A stretch of DNA of 64,000 nucleotides, taken from contig MU053881.1 of NCBI GenBank assembly GCA_013239625.1, forward strand, positions 15,058,373-15,122,372, in the 5' to 3' direction. Within the stretch, counting starts at the first letter, position 1, and the number at the start of each line of letters is the position of its first letter. The translations under genes were made by a program, and so were the position numbers. This stretch comes from Lama guanicoe (Eukaryota). Below, piece after piece: positions 55,410 through 64,000 of this stretch. The notes beneath the pieces were generated by a model that saw nothing but the letters and a program-made list of their open reading frames with translations, had not been told where the DNA came from and did not search any database.

Positions 55410-57180
55410 CAGGATCCTATGTTGCATTTAGTCATGTCTCCTTAGTCTCCTCCACTCTATGACAGTTCCTTTCTTTCCTAATTTTTCATGACCGTAATAC
55501 TTTTGAAGAATGCTGATTTTGTAGAATATTCATCAATATGGGTTTGTTCGTTTTCTCATGTTTAGACTGAAATTGAGCAGTTTGGGCATGCCTCCCATAA
55601 AAGTGATGTTGTGTCCTTGTCAGTGCATCATATCAGGAGGCACTGAGATGTTGATATGTCTTATTATTGGTGATGTTAACTTTGATTACTTGCCTAAGCC
55701 AGTATCTACCAGTTTCACTACTGTGAAGTTCCTATTTTCCTTTGCAATTAATAATTATCCTATGGGGAGATACTTAAGAGACTATGCACATACCCTCACT
55801 TTTTTTAAAAATAAGGTATAATTGATTTACAATGTTTCAGGTGTACAGCAAAGGGATTCAGTTATTTATACATATTCTTTTCCATTCTAGGTTATTACAG
55901 ATATTGAATATAGTTCCCTGTGCTATACAATGAGTCCTTGTTATTTATCTGTTTTATATATAGTAGTGTGTATGTTAGTCCTAAATTCTTAATTTATTCC
56001 TCCCCCCCTTTCCCCTTTGGTAACCATAAGTTTGTTTTCTATGTTTGTGAGTCTATTTCTGCTTTGTAAATAAGCTCATTTGTATCATTTTTTTAGATTC
56101 CATATATAAGTGGTTTCATACAACTTTGGTCTTTCTCTGACTTTCTTCACTTAGCGTGGTAATCTCTAGTTCCATCCATGTTGCTGCAAATGGCATTACT
56201 TCATTCTCTTTTATGGCTGAGTAAATTCCATTGTGTATGTATACCACATCTTCTTTATCCACTCATCCGTCAATGGACATTTAGGTTTCTTCCATGTCTT
56301 AGCTATTGTAAATAGTGCTGCTATGAACATTGGGATGCATGTATCTTTTCAGATTAGAGTTTTCATCTTTTCTGTATATATGCTTAGAAGTGGATATTGC
56401 TGGATCATATGGTAACTCTATTTTTAGTTTTGTAAGGAACTTCCATACTGTTCTCCATAGTGGCTGCACCGGTTTACATTCCTACCAACAGTACAGGAGA
56501 GTTCCCTTTTCTCCACATGCTCTCCAGCATTTGTTACTTGTAGACTTTTTGATGTTGGCCAGTTTTTTGTTGTTGTTGTTGTTGTTGGCCAGTTTTTTTT
56601 AACGTATTTTTTACTGTCTAGTTTTAGCATTCATCCATAACTCTTGGCAGCTATTATTATCAATCACTGTGGTGTTTGTGTAGTGGTGATTTTAATTTAT
56701 TTAATAATTAATTGGAATTCTATTGTAAATAAGAGCTGTCCATTCTCCTCAAGTATGTATTTATTCAAGGATTTACATCACTATGAAGTCATGAGTATTT
56801 ATTTTCTTCTGTGGTTTATAATTATTTTCTATATTATTTATTTTCCTGTCCCTTTAAGTTAGCGCCTATGTCCTTTTAACACATTTACATCTTTCTCTGT
56901 ATACTTCCTTACTTTTGGTATCACAAGATGGTCTACGCTTGCTTTGGAATATCCCTGGAATCAGCCATTTCTCCAGGGAGCCTGGTTCCTTGTCTTGGAG
57001 GATGGTATTTTGAAACCAAGATCTGGGATCTGGCTCATTGTTAACAGGTTATTATTGCTTACAGACCCTCTCAGCAGTGAGAGATAGGAACTACATGTAT
57101 ATCTAACTAACCCATGCATATACACAACTATGTAAACATTCTATCTGTCCCCTTGTGTCTGTTCTGAAAACTGTGATATG
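55410..57180 (-). mobile_element. Nested L1 fragments: younger artiodactyl-type L1 3' end (about 55800-56560) within older L1M sequence
   Basis: atattgaatatagttccctgtgctatac, ttcccctttggtaaccataagtttgttttctatg, gctattgtaaatagtgctgctatgaacattggg; antisense translation [15 protein letters not shown] is L1 ORF2-like. Confidence 0.8.
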
Positions 57181-57202
57181 ATATTGTACTGATATGAGGA
57201 CA

Positions 57203-57338
57203 CTTTTTTTGGGGGGGGTGATTGGTTTATTTATTAATTAATTATTATTATTACTTTTTTAATGGAGGTACTGGGGATTGAACCTAGGACCTTGTACATA
57301 CTAAGCACACACTCTACCATCGAGCTATACCTCCCCTC
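57203..57338 (-). mobile_element. tRNA-Ala-derived SINE (Vic-1-like)
   Basis: atggaggtactggggattgaacctaggaccttgtacatactaagcacacactctaccatcgagctatacctcccc. Confidence 0.85.
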
Positions 57339-58829
57339 CGAGGATACATTTTTAAGTGAGATTACCCAAGGTAAATGCATGAGCAAAATGGGGCAAATAG
57401 TAATTGCTCAATCAGTGTTAGCAATTAATTATCATTAGTTCTTGAGGTCTTATGATGTATGTGTATATACATTATGTGTCTAATTTTTCTGGGACTCACT
57501 TTGTTAACTGTAAATCAGGGTGAACATAGCACCTGCCCCTTAAGGTTGCTGATAGTTTGGGAGAAACACACATGCCCTTGGGCACATGGACTCTTTGAAA
57601 GCCCTGAAACTGAATGTATCTGAGTTCCAATTCCGGCTCTATCACATCCTAGCTGGGTTGCCTCAGGCAAGTGGCTCAATCTTATGTAATCATGCAGGTT
57701 AATTCTTTACAAGTCTTGGCACACTCTAAGCCCTCAATAAACTGAGGATAAACTGTTATTACCCCTACGCTCTCCTGCCTTCATTCATTGAAAAGTTAAT
57801 GATGAACAGGATTCTTATATACTTAGTTTAACAAACAGTTTAAAAAATTGTCTAGTAAACCCTCCAGCCACCCACCTCTGGGTTTGGCCCATATTCTCAG
57901 GATCTAGAAAGTACCCAGTCTCTGCCTAACCTTGGAAGATGAAGGGAGACAGACACTCCCAGCCCTGAGGGGGAAAGTATTGGGCTACAGAGAGGAGAGA
58001 CTCAAGGCTGGAGGAAACTAAAGGGTAGGGTATGAAGACTCATTCTGAGGGCAAGGAAGCAGGTCCTCTGGATAGGGTTTTGATGTAGGAGTAGGAGTTT
58101 TCCAGGTGCTGACAATCCTTCAAGGCTGAGGGATTCATGGAGCAAAGACAGGATGGTGAGAAAGCACATAGTATGGATGTAATCTTTGTAAGAATTGTGG
58201 AGCTCAGTGAGCCAGATGGCAGCCAGTGCTGAGAAGAGCTTGGGTGGGAGCTGCTGGGAAAAGCAGAACTATGGCTCTGTCTGCAGGCTGCAGCAGAAGA
58301 GGCCCAGTCTGGAGAAACCAAATTTTTCAGTGGCTCCCTTGGGCTCTGTTGGAGGCCAGGAAACATTTACAAGGGTCCTGGAAGGGGTGGGAGCTGCACA
58401 TTGAGGCCAAAAGGGACTTGGCTGGCCCCAAATGTTTTGTGCACAGTGGAGTGAAGAGAAGAAAATATTTTCCTCCTTTGTGTTCTTGAGGGCGAGGGTG
58501 GGAAGTGATGGGAATGCTCACTCAGCCCAGTGATGGGGACATTGGTTGGGGGAGCTGTGCAGGGAACAGGAAGCCTTTCTCTGCCACTTTTTTTCAATTT
58601 TATTTCCTGCATAGCACTCATCAAAGCTGCAATTATTAATAAATTAATAAAATACTTATCTGCATTATTGTTTGTGCCATATCCGGCTCCCTGGCTGGAA
58701 GAGTAGCTCAATGGGTAAAAAGTCCTGGCCCATCTTGCCCTTCATTGCTGTAACCTTGAACAAGGTAATTAATTTCTCAGTGCCTCAGTTTCCCCATCTG
58801 TAAAATGAAGATAATAAGAGTCTTACCAA

Positions 58830-59460
58830 AATATACACATCCAATCCTAAAGAAGGCAAGAGAGAGAAAAGAAACATAGAGTATGTGGGACAGAGAAAAA
58901 AACACTTAGGAAAGCAGATTTAAGTTCAAATATATCCATTATTACATTAAATGTAAACAGATCAAACGTTCCAGTTAAAAGGCAAACATGGGGGAGGATA
59001 TAGCTTCCTCCCCTAGAGTGGTAGACTAGCTGCTGAGCATGAACAAGGTTCACTCCCCAATACCTCCATTAAACAGACAAATAAATAAATAAATAAATAA
59101 ATAAACCTAATTACTCCCCCCAAATAAAAATACATATTAAAAGAGTTGCATTATTTTTTAAAAAGGCAAAGATGGGCAGACTGAATCAAAAAGTAAAACC
59201 CAGTTCTATGCTTCTGAAGAGGGATACGAGAAGAACATAAGGATACATAACAGTGGAAGGTAAAGGGTAGAAAAGAATGGAGCATTGGAGACATGACCCA
59301 AAAGAGAACAGATGTGTGATCTTTATACCAAAGTCCACTCTAAGTCAAGAAGCATGGAGATAAAGAGCAGCCATGTCATCACAATAAAAAGTTCAGTTCA
59401 CCAGGAAGACAGGACAAATGCAACCCTGTATGCAGCCAATGACACAGCCTCCAAAGATCA
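58830..59460 (+). mobile_element. Degenerate L1 ORF2 5' (endonuclease-region) fragment interrupted by a Vic-1-like SINE (about 58989-59155)
   Basis: attattacattaaatgtaaacagatcaaacgttccagttaaaaggcaaa...ttcagttcaccaggaagac; SINE head gggggaggatatagct with (taaa)n tail; taaaaggcaaa is duplicated on both sides. Confidence 0.7.
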
Positions 59461-60869
59461 GAGTATTTGTTTCATAAGGCTGATGTGAGGATTAAGTACG
59501 TGTCAAGTGTTTGCCTGCACTTGTGACACTTGTCATCCATTATTATTATCATAATTGTTGGTGTCATTACTTTATATTTGTTTATTTTAGTTGTTTATTT
59601 GTATTGTTGCTGTTGTTGACTACAGTTCCTCCTGCCCCTATTAACAGAGGTGGGGCTGGATAGGCAAGTGACTCTGCTGTGCAGATAAACACACTGAGGT
59701 TCAGAGATGGACAGGAGATAGAACCAGGACTGGTGCAAGGTTTATGTGATGTTCCTTCTCAGACAATTTCTTACATATTCCCATTGCCCTTTCACCTCTT
59801 CTGGCTGGCTAGCCAGCCTCCCTTCCTCCCTTCCTTCCTTCCACAATGATTACCCTGAATCCTCCCCACTACCCTGTTCCTTCCAGGCACTATGTAGGCC
59901 TCGAAGCTAAAACAGTGAGAAACAACATATCCTCTCTAGACTTTGAGGGTCTTCCAGTCTAGTGCGCGAGGCAGAGATAAGTCAACTGATGGCATAGACA
60001 CAAGTAAATCAGTTAGGAAGTAGAGGTTCATCATACCAAGAGTGCAGCCCATCAGGACACCTGGCCTTACCTTGGGAAGGTCAGAGAGGGCTTCCTGTAG
60101 GTGACTTCAGATCTCTTATCTGACAAGTTACCTCCAAAAGCCAGTTACCTCTTCCAGTGTTAGCTACCTCCAAAAGCCAATGTCCCACTCATTTATCCAT
60201 TAATTAATCCTATTACTCATTCATCCTATAGGCCCTAGGCATCATTCAAGGAGGTGGTGGGGACAAAACAGGCAACATTATTTCCAGGATGGAGTAGAGT
60301 TGGGGGAAGAGGGGAGCAAAAGAATGAACAAGATCATCCTGGAAAGGGGTAACTGCTGGGAAGGAAACAAAATAGAGTAAAGGAGGTGTAAGCTCCCTTC
60401 CCTTTCAAAACAAGATCCATAAAAACCCTTCTAATCAATGCTGCCACCTTCTCCTAGTGCCCTGGGCGCCTTATCACACTCTAGCAGAGGGTGCAGGGAG
60501 GAGGGACTCCTCCTAGTGGCCCTGCTCTTTCAGTAGCTCGCCTAGCCATTATTGAGTTCCTCCTGTATGCAGTAGGCACCCCTCCCGGGATTAGACAGAC
60601 CACGCGGGGAGGGGCGGGGGCGGAGATTCTGTGTGCCCTTGGGCACATCTTTCCCCCTCGGGGCCTCGGGTCTACATCTGCAACTAGGTTCAGGGTGGGT
60701 TATCCAGTAGTCCCAGAGCTGCCCTGACCGTCCAGCCTGAGCTCCTTAATGAAATACCATTTAGTGCTGTCCTCCCAACAGCCCCCAAGGTGAGAGTGTG
60801 TGGATAGCGGTGTTTATCCCCATTTCGCAGATGAACAGAATGAAGCTCAGACAGGAGCATGAATCTGGC

Positions 60870-61332
60870 CAAGATGCGCGGCGCTGACCCTCGAACTGAT
60901 TCGGCTCTAGAACCCCCTGCCCCCTCCCCCGCCCGGGGGTGGCGCGGCGGCCTCTGCCCCTTTAAGAACGCCCCACGGATACAAGCAGGAAGGGGGCGGT
61001 ACCTGCGCCTGAGACGGACGTGCGCGCGGACCAATGAATGCTGCAATCACAGCGGTCGCGGCCAATGGGCGCTGTGAGGGCGGGGCTGGGCGCCAGAGCC
61101 TGGTTCCCGAGGCGCGGCGGCCGCGGCTGGGGGCGGGGAGGGGGGCGCAGGACCCCAAGCGGGGGTCCCGGAGCCGGAGGCACGTGTCCCGGGGCGCCGG
61201 CGGAGCCGCGCCGGCCCGGAGCGCTACCCGGGCCTCGGCTGGTCCGGGGGCCGGCGCGGCGGGGGCTGAGGCCGATAGGCGGGGTGAAGGGCCGCGGGGG
61301 AGGCGAGCTGGGGGGGGCGCGGGGGGTCGGAG
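60870..61332 (+). promoter_or_regulatory. FKBP8: FKBP8 CpG-island promoter and probable non-coding exon 1
   Basis: Two CCAAT boxes (61031-61035, 61062-61066), GC boxes and CpG-rich sequence about 1.4 kb upstream of the first coding exon. Confidence 0.7.
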
Positions 61333-61645
61333 NNNNNNNNNNNNNNNNNNNNNNNNNNNNNNNNNNNNNNNNNNNNNNNNNNNNNNNNNNNNNNNNNNNN
61401 NNNNNNNNNNNNNNNNNNNNNNNNNNNNNNNNNNNNNNNNNNNNNNNNNNNNNNNNNNNNNNNNNNNNNNNNNNNNNNNNNNNNNNNNNNNNNNNNNNNN
61501 NNNNNNNNNNNNNNNNNNNNNNNNNNNNNNNNNNNNNNNNNNNNNNNNNNNNNNNNNNNNNNNNNNNNNNNNNNNNNNNNNNNNNNNNNNNNNNNNNNNN
61601 NNNNNNNNNNNNNNNNNNNNNNNNNNNNNNNNNNNNNNNNNNNNN
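61333..61645. other. Assembly gap (313 N)
   Basis: Run of n within the GC-rich FKBP8 5' region. Confidence 1.
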
Positions 61646-62495
61646 GAGGGCGATTTACGCGGGCGCAGGGGATTGTGGGGGTGGGGGCTGGGAGGGTCTC
61701 AGAAAATGGGACCTGAGCCCAGAAGGAGTGGGCAGGTGAGAGTTAGAGAGGGGATGCTGTGGGTTAGAAATGATGGCCCTACGACCTCCAGAGCTTGGGG
61801 TCTGGGGGTGGGGGGCAGTTCTTAATGGTCCAAGGAAGAAGCTGCGGGGGTCTCGACCACTTCTGTAAAGAAGGCTACTTTGAGAGGGTGGTAAGAAGGT
61901 CTAAGGAGAGGATAAAGGGCCCAGGGAATGGTTTGTGTCAAGGTCCCTGGTATTGAGGGGTGGTATTAGGTTCAGTGTATGGAAGGAAAGGCTTGGGATT
62001 TCTAGATGGCCCCCCTTAGGAGAAGGGACAACTGGAGGTGGGGGACACATGGTAAAGATTCAATTATTTATCCCTTAGGCTCTAAAAATAGCCTCCCCAA
62101 GACCTCAGGGGTTGTCCCCCTAAAAAAAAATCCCAGCACCTGCTCTGGGTATTTAATCAGATAAAACTCTAGGTTCATATCCTGCTGCCTGTGGTTGGCT
62201 TGCTTCTTGACCTTGGGCAAATGACTTTGCTCCTCTGGGCCTCAATTTCCTTTTCTGCAGGGGGATGTTCCCTACTTTCTAGAGTGTTTATAAAGATTAA
62301 ATAATAATTAACTCTAGTAATCAGTAACACTGTTTGAGTGTGATACCCAGAGCTTGATGAGTGGGTTGTTTATTCCTTTGGACAAACCAGGATTGTTGTT
62401 CGACACTGTATAGATGAGGAAACTGAGGCCTGGAGGCCCTGAGTCTCACAGCAAATGATTGGCAGTGTGGGGAAGGGATTCAGAGGAGAATTTGA

Positions 62496-62915
<420 letters not shown>

Positions 62916-63062
62916 TGACCTTGGCCTAGGTGCTATCCTCCCCTGAGCCTCATTTCCCCATCTCTGTTGTGAAGTAGGTTGGAAGTAAAACACATGGTAC
63001 CTACAGTGATTGCCAGCCACAGGCAACTACTTGAGACACTTCATGTTTATAAACCCTTTTCT

Positions 63063-63110
63063 TCTCTCTCTCTCTCTCTCCCCCTCCCACACACACTCAC
63101 ACACACACAC
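63063..63110. repeat. Compound (CT)n/(CA)n microsatellite
   Basis: tctctctctctctctctc...cacacacactcacacacacacac. Confidence 0.8.
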
Positions 63111-64000
63111 GACTTGCTATATCCCTGTTTCCCAAAGCTGCTAACAGGGCTCAAAGAGGCTTACTCACCTGCCCAGGGCCACACAGCCAGCAAAGCAGGT
63201 GCTGGCAGCTCCCAGCATCCACTCCTGTTCTTGGCATTTGTCTGACAAGTGCCCACCCCCAGAAAAATGTGTCCTGAGGTCATATGGATCTGTGGAACAC
63301 CACGTTTTGTTCATCTCTCTGTCTGGTTCACCATATTCATTAGGGTGCTAATTGCTCAGAGAAGCCCTGCAACAAACTAGGAGAACCTACACATATGCCC
63401 CACCATGTACCCCATCACAGTAACTCTAGAAGGTAAACATGGTGCTAATAGTTCTGATATCCAATATACTACATAATGCTAATGTCCACACAAATAATAG
63501 TAAAACCTCATTACTACTACTATTAATGCTAATGGAGCAGTAGTATCAGATAATATTGACGCCACTGAAACAGAATTAGTACTGGTTTTACCTGCACTCC
63601 AGGTATACACTTTGCTACTCCTAAAAGTAACACCAGGTAATATTTACTGAGCACTGGTCTTGTGCCAGATCTGTGCATCATCTTATTTTATTCCCACAAC
63701 AACCCCATGATGTAATTCTTACCGTATCCCCATTTTACAGATGGAGTGACTGAGGCTCAAGAGGTGAAGGCAGTTGCCCAATGTTGCACAGCCTCCTTGG
63801 CTATATTAAAGTTTGGGAAGCTTTTCTCTAATGATACTAAAAGCTGCCACCTGAGCATGAGTCTGGCTCTCTCTGGTTATGCTCAGGCTACTTTCTAAGG
63901 TCAGAATTCAGGCTTCTAGACAAGGAAGCTGAGGCCTTGAGAGGGGATGTGGTTTACCCTAAGTTCAGCTGAATGATGGGTACTGCCTGGTTGAATTCCT

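Noticed and set aside
61034..61825. ORFs of 233-263 aa at the FKBP8 5' end
   Set aside because: Their length is inflated by the N gap, and the remainder is low-complexity GC-rich sequence.

Overview
Mammalian genomic DNA, most likely a camelid, judged from six copies of a tRNA-Ala-derived Vic-1-type SINE. The window is the conserved gene block syntenic to human 19p13.11, in reverse orientation: KLHL26 (exon 1 only, -), TMEM59L (8 exons, -), CRLF1 (9 exons, +), REX1BD/C19orf60 (5 exons, -), UBA52 (-), KXD1 (-) and the first coding exon of FKBP8 (+). It also holds CpG-island promoters, L1/MaLR/SINE repeats and a 313-bp N gap. Exons were assembled by hand from GT-AG boundaries; gene names come from remembered orthologue sequences, not a database search. 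I see no new multi-gene system. The most notable oddities are: (1) a U6 snRNA/mRNA-3'-end chimeric retrocopy with poly(A) and target-site duplication, nested in an old L1; (2) CRLF1 reading AGC where the initiator ATG is expected (assembly error or real change); (3) a dual-frame CRLF1 3' end; (4) a basic uORF overlapping the KXD1 start; (5) a palindromic homeodomain site in a CRLF1 intron. Most ORFs in the supplied track are spurious GC-rich or repeat-derived frames.
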